24,000 bases of DNA. Origin: Thaumarchaeota archaeon CSP1-1 (GTDB lineage: Archaea > Thermoproteota > Nitrososphaeria > Nitrososphaerales > Nitrosopumilaceae). Below the pieces are notes generated by a model, which was not told the DNA's origin, did not search any database, and worked only from the letters and a program-made list of their open reading frames with translations. The translations under genes and the position numbers were made by a program. Positions within the stretch are counted from its first letter, which is position 1. Each line of letters begins with the position of its first letter. The stretch is from NCBI GenBank assembly GCA_001443365.1, contig LDXL01000004.1, positions 1 to 24,000 on the forward strand, given 5' to 3'. This document shows positions 14,760-22,753 of this stretch, one piece after another.

Positions 14760-15905
14760 TTGCAAACTAATGTAAAAGAGATTATTGAAATTACTGAGGG
14801 CGCAACTAAGATTCTAGTTCCATGCGGGTCAATGGATGAAAAAGTTCCACCAAGGGATCCTGCTTTTTTCAATCCCATGGCAAAATTAAATAGGGATTTT
14901 TCAATTATTGCTTACTCTGCTTTTTGGAAAAATTTCCAAGGCCCAAAAATTTTTCTTGATGGTTTGTCTGGGCTTGGAGCTAGAGGGCTAAGAGTTGCTA
15001 ATGAAATAAAAAAAACAGATAAAGTGATTTGTAATGATGTTAATCCAAGTGCAATAAAATTATGTGAAAAATCAGCAGCTATTAATAATTTACAAAATTT
15101 CCAAACTTCAGAAAATGAGGTTTGCAAATTCTTTAATGCATATTCTACAAAAAATGAAAGAGGTTCAATTATAGACCTTGATCCCTTTGGCTCACCTACA
15201 AAATATCTGGATTGTGCAATAAGAGCTACAATGCATGGAGGATTACTTTCAGCTACTGCAACTGATCTACAAGTTCTCCATGGATTATTCAATATGGCTT
15301 GTAAAAGAAGATATTCTGGAGTTCCAGTAAAAACAAAATATGCAAATGAAATTGCATTAAGGCTAATTTTAGGATGTATTTGTCTAGTAGCATATAGATT
15401 AGATATTCAAATTGTTCCTCTTTTTGTAGATAATGCCATGCATTACTACAGAACATATGTTAAGATACTAAACCGACCAGCACAAGAAGATAACATAGGT
15501 TACATATTACATTGTAAATTATGTGGGCATAGAAGTATTGAAAAGAATCAAAGTTTTTCGTGTGAACTGTGTAATTCTAAAATTGATATAGCAGGCCCTT
15601 TATGGATTGGAAAACTTTTTGATAAAGAATTTGTAAAAACTATGCTAGAAGAAATTCCAAATTATACAGTCAGCAATCGTTGTGAAAAAACATTGCAAAA
15701 ATGTCTATTAGAATCAGACATGCCTGGTACCTATTTTACCTTAGATGAGATTGCTTCAAAAATGAAGGTTGCTCCAATTGGACTAGAAAAGATAATAAAA
15801 AAACTAGAAATGGCAGGTTTTCTAGCTAGTCAAACATCGCTTAATCCAACGGGCTTTAGAACAAATTGTAAAATTAATCAAATTTGTGAATTATTTGCAA
15901 ATTAG
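14760..15905 (+). CDS. trm1: tRNA (guanine26-N2)-dimethyltransferase Trm1
   Basis: 381 aa. N-terminal ITEGATKILVP ... FFNPMAKLNRD, SAM site LDGLSGLGARGLR and IDLDPFGSP. Also a C-terminal Cys4 element, CKLCGH...CELCNS. The full-length N-terminus requires TTG at 14760. Confidence 0.85.
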   Translation: MQTNVKEIIEITEGATKILVPCGSMDEKVPPRDPAFFNPMAKLNRDFSIIAYSAFWKNFQGPKIFLDGLSGLGARGLRVANEIKKTDKVICNDVNPSAIKLCEKSAAINNLQNFQTSENEVCKFFNAYSTKNERGSIIDLDPFGSPTKYLDCAIRATMHGGLLSATATDLQVLHGLFNMACKRRYSGVPVKTKYANEIALRLILGCICLVAYRLDIQIVPLFVDNAMHYYRTYVKILNRPAQEDNIGYILHCKLCGHRSIEKNQSFSCELCNSKIDIAGPLWIGKLFDKEFVKTMLEEIPNYTVSNRCEKTLQKCLLESDMPGTYFTLDEIASKMKVAPIGLEKIIKKLEMAGFLASQTSLNPTGFRTNCKINQICELFAN

Positions 15906-16495
15906 CCATGATAACCAAGACAAACACAGTATAATTCACTACTAGGTTTCCTGCTTGCCAGAGGTTTTGTCATCTTTACCTTTGTAAATTTTTTCTTAAC
16001 GTACTGATAAAATTCTTGGGTATATTCACCATCAAAAACCTTGAAAAGTGCATTGCCTTTGTTTGCTAGCACCTGTTCTAAAATTTTTACCGCAGCATAA
16101 TTCAATGAAATTTGTTTTGCATGATCAACTGACCAATTTCCTGTAACATGTGGTGAAAGATCACAAATAACTGCGTTAATTTTTCCCCCAAAATATGATT
16201 GTACTTCACCTACAATGTCGTCGTTTTCGACGTCTCCTCTAATAAGCTGAGCACGAGGTATATCTTCTACGTAGGATAGGTCAACTCCCATAACCTTTCC
16301 TTTATTTCCAACTAGCTTTGATGCAACTTGTGTCCATCCACCTGGAGCACATCCTAAATCAAGAACAGAAAATCCACTGCCAATAACTCTATAGGATTTG
16401 TTAATCTGCTTTAGTTTATAGGAAGATCTACTTCTATAGCCTTCGTCATGTGCAAGTTTTCTATAATGATCTTTTCGTGCATCAATTAGTTTCAT
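15902..16495 (-). CDS. rlmE: 23S rRNA (uridine-2'-O)-methyltransferase RlmE/FtsJ
   Basis: 197 aa. Motifs YRSRSSYKLKQIN, VLDLGCAPGGWTQV and VICDLSP. It starts 2 nt downstream of the preceding gene's stop and overlaps the trm1 3' end convergently by 4 nt. Confidence 0.9.
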   Translation of the reverse strand: MKLIDARKDHYRKLAHDEGYRSRSSYKLKQINKSYRVIGSGFSVLDLGCAPGGWTQVASKLVGNKGKVMGVDLSYVEDIPRAQLIRGDVENDDIVGEVQSYFGGKINAVICDLSPHVTGNWSVDHAKQISLNYAAVKILEQVLANKGNALFKVFDGEYTQEFYQYVKKKFTKVKMTKPLASRKPSSELYCVCLGYHG

Positions 16496-16497
16496 AT

Positions 16498-17214
16498 CTA
16501 CTTTTTTGATTTATTAATTTCTATAAGAACCCAGTCTTCAATTAACTGACACGTTAGTGGACTTATCTCTCCCTCCAAGGAACATTTCTGTTCCACAGGA
16601 CATGTCAAACATGGTGCGTCTTCAATAGATTCTGTACTAACAGGTGTTCTTTTGATTATTAATTTATAGGTCCATCTACCTTTTTCGAGAATTTTTTCTC
16701 TTGAAATTATCCCTAATCTTTCTAATTTAAGAGCCAATCTAGAACCGTCTCTACTAGTTAGTTTTAATTTCTTCCATAATTCGCTTTGTAACATTCCATC
16801 TGTTTCATATTTGGCAACAATATCACAGACCTTGTTTGTTAGCTTCTCCATATCCATTTTTTCTATTTGAAAGTTTTGAATTTCTTCATCTGTGAGTTGT
16901 TCTTCTAACTCTTCTTCGTAGGTTTTAGGTTCCTCTTTCTCAAGTTCCTCTTTTATTTTCTTTTCTTCTTTCTTAGATGGAGCTTTTGTTTTCTTTTCTT
17001 CTTTCTTAGATGGAACTTTTATTTTCTTTTCTTCTTTCTTAGATGGAGCTTTTATTTTCTTTTCTTTACTTGAAGTTTTTTGTTCTAATTCCATCCTTAA
17101 TTTCTTAATTTTTTGTTCCAGCTGTTGAGCTTTTTTTGCAATTGCACTTGTTGTAGCTGGTGTATCTGATTCTGTTGATGATTTTTCTTTTTTTGGTTCC
17201 ATAATTTCTCTCAA
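16498..17214 (-). CDS. TFE-beta / RPC34-like transcription factor (winged helix plus Cys4 Fe-S domain) with an N-terminal K/E-rich repeat extension
   Basis: 238 aa. The C-terminal half has a wH-like segment (MLQSELWKKLKLTSRDGSRLALKLERLGIISREKILEKGRWTYKLI). This is followed by C-x2-C-x5-C-x10-C (CLTCPVEQKCSLEGEISPLTC). That architecture was described for crenarchaeal/thaumarchaeal TFE-beta and RPC34/hRPC39. The assignment is from memory of the architecture, not from a search. Confidence 0.55.
   Translation of the reverse strand: MREIMEPKKEKSSTESDTPATTSAIAKKAQQLEQKIKKLRMELEQKTSSKEKKIKAPSKKEEKKIKVPSKKEEKKTKAPSKKEEKKIKEELEKEEPKTYEEELEEQLTDEEIQNFQIEKMDMEKLTNKVCDIVAKYETDGMLQSELWKKLKLTSRDGSRLALKLERLGIISREKILEKGRWTYKLIIKRTPVSTESIEDAPCLTCPVEQKCSLEGEISPLTCQLIEDWVLIEINKSKK
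16950..17070 (-). repeat. 33-bp in-frame tandem repeat (about 3.6 copies) encoding (A/V)PSKKEEKK(I/T)K
   Basis: On the plus strand, the units beginning cttagatgg at 16972 and 17005 differ by 2 nt. The unit beginning at 17038 matches for its first 26 nt or so and then diverges. A partial copy lies at 16951-16971. The period of 33 nt equals 11 codons. Confidence 0.9.
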
Positions 17215-17268
17215 TAATGTATACTTTGATCAAATTAAAAATTTAATTCAATATATACCTCGCTTTTT

Positions 17269-17790
17269 TTATTTAACAATAAATGTCTCACTTGTAGTTA
17301 GGGTTTTTTTGAATTCTATGTCATTGATTTCAGCAACAATCTCGTATTGACCACTGTCTATTATTTCAGAAAATTCATCATCTATTGGCATCACGAGGTT
17401 ATTTTTTGAATAACATTGACCAAAAAATGCACTTTGAGTCACAACTTCTTTGGGAGTTTTTGAGATATCATAAATTGTTATGTATAAATCTCCACAATCA
17501 AAAATTGGATCACTAACTGAAACTGTAATTTTGATTGGTTGTGACTTTGATAATTCGTCATCTAATCCAATAATCGTAATTGCGCCCGAAGAAACTACAA
17601 TTTTATCCGAAAATTCAAAGGGCCACATATCAAGTTCTCGCTCAGGAGATTTTAGAACTTCACCTAGAACTATACTACCAAAAAATATTGAAATCACTGC
17701 TGGAAATAAAAAGACGACAAAAGCAATGTTTTTAACAGCCAATTCGAATTTAACAGCGCTAATTCCTTTATATCTATTTAGTAATGACAA
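17269..17790 (-). CDS. hypothetical membrane-anchored extracytoplasmic protein
   Basis: 173 aa. It has a single N-terminal TM helix (IAFVVFLFPAVISIFFGSIVLG) and then a beta-rich domain. No recognisable family. Divergent from the ATPase-Toprim gene. Confidence 0.5.
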   Translation of the reverse strand: MSLLNRYKGISAVKFELAVKNIAFVVFLFPAVISIFFGSIVLGEVLKSPERELDMWPFEFSDKIVVSSGAITIIGLDDELSKSQPIKITVSVSDPIFDCGDLYITIYDISKTPKEVVTQSAFFGQCYSKNNLVMPIDDEFSEIIDSGQYEIVAEINDIEFKKTLTTSETFIVK

Positions 17791-17849
17791 AAGTGTTCAG
17801 GATAATTATGTAGTATAGGTTAAAACATAGAATCGTAATAGCGACTAGG

Positions 17850-19952
17850 ATGAGACTAAGAAAATTTAGAGTTCGTGCATTTCGGTGCATTCATGATTCT
17901 GGGGAAATCAAAGTAGGAGACTTGGCAGCATTTGTTGGAAGAAATGAAAGTGGAAAAACAACAATCTTGCAGGGTCTTACATTATTGAACAAAGATGAGA
18001 ACGTTTCTAATCTTGATCTATGTGATGAGATGTCTGAAGAGTTAAAAAATGAGATAAATATTGCTGATGGGGATTTTGATCTAACAATAAATGAAACACA
18101 AATGATTAAGGATAAATTTCCAAATATCCCTGAAATTAAAAAATTAAGAATTTTCCGTACCAATAAAAAACAAAAAATCCAATATGACTTTGGTCCAATA
18201 AAAATAAGCAACGAAGAAAATAAAGCATTAAACTCTTGGGAAAACTTTGCAGAAAATATACTCAATTTTGTTGAAACTATTCCTAATCACATTAGAATAA
18301 GATTAGATACAACATTCTTTGAAGGGTCTCTACCAGAGAGTCGAGAAATTTTTGATTCTCAAATGAGAGAATTTGGAAATACGATTCATGTTTTAGCATC
18401 TGAAGAACCACAAATAATTTCAGAGTGGGAAAAAGTTTCCAAAAATGCTGATGCTGCTTTTGATAAGATGTTGGTAGGAACCACAGAACTTACTGCTTTA
18501 GAAAACTTTATTGAAGAATATCTACACCCACGTTTTGTTTATTTTTCTGATTATAAGAAAATCTATGGAAATATCAATCTAAATGAATATGTCAAAGAAT
18601 CAAAAGGTTATAGAACGGAAGGAATAGAGTTTGTTGAAGAATTTGACAAAGCAGAAACTGTTAGAAACTTATTTTATTTAGCTGAATTAGATATTGAAGG
18701 ATTAGAAGAGTTTCATAATAGTCCTTCAAAATTGATAAAGTATCTCAATACTGCAAGCAATAGATTAACTACAAGACTCAATCCTGCCTGGAAAGGGGAT
18801 CCAATACATGTTGATTTAAGATACAATCCTGGAAATATCTTGAGTGTTGTAATTTCTGATATTCATAAAGATGGTACAGTGACCAATACCGGATTGTTAA
18901 ATAGAAGAGCTGAGGGTTTCAAATGGACATTTTCTTTTATAGTTAATTTTGCTGCAGAGACTCAAAGAGCAGAACTTAAGGAGGCCATATTACTGCTTGA
19001 TGAACCTGCACGAAACTTACATCCTACCCAACAACGAGGAATCTCTGATCTGTTAAAGAACTTAGCTGGCTCAAACCAAGTCCTTTATGCAACCCACTCT
19101 CCTTTCATGATATTTGATTATACTCCAGGAAATTTACTAGTAGTTGAGCTTGATAAGAGAAAGCACCTAAGCAAGATATACTATGATTATTGGAATGCTA
19201 GTGATGAAACTCTCACACCGATTTTGTATGGATTATCAAGAGGTCTAGTGGAATCTATCGTAGATAGAGAAATTGGTTCTAATTCAAGACCAGTAATAAT
19301 TGTTGAAACAATGTCTGATGCGATGTATCTAAATGCGTTTGATAAATTTCTAGAAGATCCCAATATCTCAATGAATCCGCTAAACGTTGTCGCTGCATAT
19401 AGTAAAAATTCAGTATTACCGCTTGCAATATTTTATCGAGATCATGGATATAAAACCTTCATCTTACTTGACAACAGTGAAGAATCAAAACATATCTCGA
19501 CTCAGTTGACTGCAAATGATTTCTCTCAAGTACAAACTATATTTTTTGAGTCTGGTGGAAAACAAATACAATCAATAGAGGATTATTTACATATTGAAGA
19601 CTACCTTTATGCCGTAAACCAGACATACGAGATCATGCTAAGAAGGGAAGGATTTAGTAATTTAGCTAAAGAGGATGTTTTAGCAAGGGGGAAGAAGGGA
19701 ATTGTTGAGAATCTTAATGCAATCTGGATGGAACATAAAGATGAAGGATGGGGCAAATTCAACAACGAAGAAATTACAAGATATATTTGTGAAAAAATTG
19801 CTTTAAATGAAATTGACTTTTTATCTGATAAATCAAAGGAACAGTTAAGAACGCTGTATAGGTTAATTGCAGAAAGAATTCGCCAACATCAAAATCTAAT
19901 TTCAAGCGGGAATCTAGATAAATTACATATCAAGCGAAAGTTTGATCAATGA
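17850..19952 (+). CDS. ABC/AAA-type ATPase fused to a C-terminal Toprim-like domain (OLD-family / PARIS-like nuclease candidate)
   Basis: 700 aa. ATPase motifs: Walker A GRNESGKT, signature-like RRAEGFKWTFSFIVNF, Walker B LLLDEP and H-loop LYATHSP, with a long helical insertion between Walker A and the signature. The C-terminal region has VIIVETMSDAMY ... SKNSVLP ... FILLDNSEE, arranged like the Toprim E ... DxD. No helicase gene lies nearby. Confidence 0.55.
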   Translation: MRLRKFRVRAFRCIHDSGEIKVGDLAAFVGRNESGKTTILQGLTLLNKDENVSNLDLCDEMSEELKNEINIADGDFDLTINETQMIKDKFPNIPEIKKLRIFRTNKKQKIQYDFGPIKISNEENKALNSWENFAENILNFVETIPNHIRIRLDTTFFEGSLPESREIFDSQMREFGNTIHVLASEEPQIISEWEKVSKNADAAFDKMLVGTTELTALENFIEEYLHPRFVYFSDYKKIYGNINLNEYVKESKGYRTEGIEFVEEFDKAETVRNLFYLAELDIEGLEEFHNSPSKLIKYLNTASNRLTTRLNPAWKGDPIHVDLRYNPGNILSVVISDIHKDGTVTNTGLLNRRAEGFKWTFSFIVNFAAETQRAELKEAILLLDEPARNLHPTQQRGISDLLKNLAGSNQVLYATHSPFMIFDYTPGNLLVVELDKRKHLSKIYYDYWNASDETLTPILYGLSRGLVESIVDREIGSNSRPVIIVETMSDAMYLNAFDKFLEDPNISMNPLNVVAAYSKNSVLPLAIFYRDHGYKTFILLDNSEESKHISTQLTANDFSQVQTIFFESGGKQIQSIEDYLHIEDYLYAVNQTYEIMLRREGFSNLAKEDVLARGKKGIVENLNAIWMEHKDEGWGKFNNEEITRYICEKIALNEIDFLSDKSKEQLRTLYRLIAERIRQHQNLISSGNLDKLHIKRKFDQ

Positions 19953-20041
19953 GTTATTAATTTACTTTACTAGCAATTTCTTCCAAATTAAGAAAAATGA
20001 AAAATCCAAAAAGTAGTTAAGGTTAATTTGGAGGAAGTGAT

Positions 20042-22183
20042 TTGTTAAATAATATGTATTTGTCCTCGAGGGGAGGTTTTCTTTTCCTAGTTCTCATCGT
20101 ATCTATATTTGCAGTGACAACTATACCAGAACTTTATTCTCAGGAAGAATTAGTTACAGCAAAAAGTATAGGTTTTGAGGAAACCACAATAATAGAATTT
20201 GAAAACAGTAACGATAACACATCAGAAATTGATACCTTTCGAATATGGTTGGGTAGCGACTCTAACTTCAAATCGTTTAAGACTGAAAGAGGGTGGACTG
20301 GACAAAAAACACCAGAAGGAGTAATTGTATTTACAACTTCAAATCCTGTACAACCTGGCGAAGTAGTAAAATTTGGTGTAAAAACTGATAAACCAAAACC
20401 TGGAATAAACTGGAAGGCACTTACTGATACTGACCAACAAATAGCAACTGGAAAAACACTTGCTTCAGATTCGTCAAGTACTGAATCTAATATAGAAGCC
20501 TCTGAAAGTGGTACTGGTGTCTTTGAGAGTTCTTCTTTTCGCTTAATCCCAGAAAAGCCTAGTGTTGGTGCAAGTATGAGAGTAACTGGGGAGAATTTTG
20601 CAGCAAATCATAAGCTTGATTTCTACATAGATAACAAAAAGATTGATTCATTTGAAACAGATGGAGATGGCCGCTTTATGTTTACAAGTTCTGTCCCTAA
20701 AGATCAAACAGCTGATAGAGTAGATTTCAAAATAGTGGATGCTAAGGGAAACGAAAAAGCAATCAGTCTTAGACTAGGAGAAGAAACTGGAATCGCAACA
20801 ACAGAAAATATACCTCTTACCATAAGTGCGATACCTTCTATTGTGTATAGAGGTGATACTGTAAAAGTTACTGGAACTGGTCCTCCTGGAAAATCCGTTA
20901 CCGCTACAATAAAAGATGAGAGTGACAAGATTGTAACAACAATTGCAGTTAATGTAGATCTTAATGGTAAATGGGAGTATGAGGGATTAGTTGCAGTAGA
21001 TGCACCCTTAGGAAAACAAACTGCTGAAATTACCGATGGGGTTGAAACCATTTTACGAACTTGGACTGTAGAATCGTCAAAAAAAATAGAGATTCTTCCA
21101 ATCAAGGTAAGATTTGAACCTGGGGAAACAATCATTTTTAATGGTACTGCAAAGCCAAATGAAGAATTAGAAATTGTTGTAGAAGACCCTCAAGGAACTG
21201 AAGTTTACTCAGAGTTTTTGAACATAGATTCCTCAGGTGTAGTGAATATAGAACTCCCGACTTTCCAATCATCGATTGAGGGAACATATGTGTTATTTGC
21301 GTCCCAAGGTGACGATATTGATATTGTTATAGTTGGTTTGGGACAACTTCCAGAGGAGAAGATTGTAGTAAAACCCGATAAACTCAACTATTCAACATCA
21401 GAGAAGGCATTATTAGAAATAAAAGGTCCACCATCTGCAACAGTTTCATTATTGATAGTAGATCCTTCTGATAAGAACAAGTTTACTGATACTATAATTT
21501 TGGGACCAGATGGTCAATCACATTATGAATTAGATTTGAATGGGTATGGTTCTGGGGTGTATACTGCAGTACTTACTAGAGGAAACGCACAGACATCAGA
21601 TGTTTTCTCTGTTGGACTTCAGACTGGGTCTGGTGAGATAAATGCAAAAACAACAAAAGAAACGTATCAACCAGGAGAGTCAATTTTGATACTTGGGGAT
21701 TCGGCAGATAATATGCTCTTAACTATAGAACTAATAGATCCAGATGGAAACGTTCTCAAAACCAAAGATACCTTTACTAACAAAGATGGAATTTTCTCTG
21801 TGAGTTCGTTTAGAATTCCGGTAGAAGCTAAGGTTGGAACATGGACAATTCATGTAAAAAGTGGCCCTAACTTTGATGATGTCAAGGTAACTGTTCAAGG
21901 CAACATTGAAGAAGGTTTAGTGGTTTTTGTAGATAAAATTGAAGTTACGTCATCTGGAAGAATTGTAACAATTAAAGGATTTGGAGCAGAAATTAGTCAG
22001 AATGTAGTAATAACTATTTTAGATCAATCAGATGTAGAGGTAACTGAGCTTCGCGCAAGTACCACGGGTACTGGAGAATTTGGAATTCCATGGATTGTTC
22101 CAAGCGATGTAGCTCCTGGAACATACACATTAAAGGCAAAAGATCCCGTTACAGAAGTAGAGATTACTTTTGTTTTAAAATAG
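20042..22183 (+). CDS. secreted or surface protein with six tandem beta-sandwich (Ig/MG-like) modules of about 85 aa
   Basis: 713 aa. N-terminal hydrophobic signal or anchor (GGFLFLVLIVSIFAVTTIPELYS) followed by a Ser/Thr-rich linker. Repeated modules share PGE(S/T)I.. G ... (V/I)VDP.G..V ... G.F...F.(I/L)P... GTY/W. GGAGG at 20030-20034 precedes TTG 20042; the alternative start is ATG 20054. Confidence 0.65.
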   Translation: MLNNMYLSSRGGFLFLVLIVSIFAVTTIPELYSQEELVTAKSIGFEETTIIEFENSNDNTSEIDTFRIWLGSDSNFKSFKTERGWTGQKTPEGVIVFTTSNPVQPGEVVKFGVKTDKPKPGINWKALTDTDQQIATGKTLASDSSSTESNIEASESGTGVFESSSFRLIPEKPSVGASMRVTGENFAANHKLDFYIDNKKIDSFETDGDGRFMFTSSVPKDQTADRVDFKIVDAKGNEKAISLRLGEETGIATTENIPLTISAIPSIVYRGDTVKVTGTGPPGKSVTATIKDESDKIVTTIAVNVDLNGKWEYEGLVAVDAPLGKQTAEITDGVETILRTWTVESSKKIEILPIKVRFEPGETIIFNGTAKPNEELEIVVEDPQGTEVYSEFLNIDSSGVVNIELPTFQSSIEGTYVLFASQGDDIDIVIVGLGQLPEEKIVVKPDKLNYSTSEKALLEIKGPPSATVSLLIVDPSDKNKFTDTIILGPDGQSHYELDLNGYGSGVYTAVLTRGNAQTSDVFSVGLQTGSGEINAKTTKETYQPGESILILGDSADNMLLTIELIDPDGNVLKTKDTFTNKDGIFSVSSFRIPVEAKVGTWTIHVKSGPNFDDVKVTVQGNIEEGLVVFVDKIEVTSSGRIVTIKGFGAEISQNVVITILDQSDVEVTELRASTTGTGEFGIPWIVPSDVAPGTYTLKAKDPVTEVEITFVLK

Positions 22184-22240
22184 TTTTTTAATTCCCAAAC
22201 TAGAAACAACTTTTATTCCTCATCTTTAGATATCAGAACG

Positions 22241-22753
22241 ATGAATCTAAAAGAAAAAATTGACGAGTATCCAGATTTTCCTAAAAAAGGCATTTTGTTT
22301 AGAGATTTCAGTCCAATACTAAGAGATCCATCAGCAATCTCTTATGTTGTTGATGAATTTTCAAAATATTTTCATACAAAAGATTTTGATATTTTTGCAG
22401 GCATTGAATCTAGAGGATTTCTTTTTGCTTGTGCTATGGCCTTATATTACAAAAAAGGAATGATATTGATTCGAAAAAAAGGTAAATTGCCTGGTAAAAC
22501 AGAAAAAATCTCCTATAAGATAGAATATGGGAGTGATACAATTGAGATTCAGAAAAATTCTTTGAAAAAAGGGCAACGAGTTGTGATTTGCGATGATCTT
22601 TTGGCCACAGGAGGAACTGCAAAAGCATCTGCAAAGCTGATTGAAAAAATGGGCGGAAAAGTGGCTGGTTTTGCATTCATTATAGAACTAGTAGATCTTG
22701 GAGGTATGAAAGGAATTAACAAATACAACTGTAAGTCCTTGGTGAAATACTAA
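22241..22753 (+). CDS. apt: adenine phosphoribosyltransferase
   Basis: 170 aa. Motifs [21 protein letters not shown] and the PRPP-binding [16 protein letters not shown]. Confidence 0.9.
   Translation: MNLKEKIDEYPDFPKKGILFRDFSPILRDPSAISYVVDEFSKYFHTKDFDIFAGIESRGFLFACAMALYYKKGMILIRKKGKLPGKTEKISYKIEYGSDTIEIQKNSLKKGQRVVICDDLLATGGTAKASAKLIEKMGGKVAGFAFIIELVDLGGMKGINKYNCKSLVKY

Noticed and set aside
17480-18265. ORFs 17480-17818 (+) and 17891-18265 (-) around the ATPase-Toprim gene start
   Set aside because: Each is antisense to a longer and better-supported ORF (17269-17790 and 17850-19952). I considered whether one could be a small second component, such as an antitoxin, of the defence candidate. 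They are fully embedded antisense, low-complexity and lack start context.
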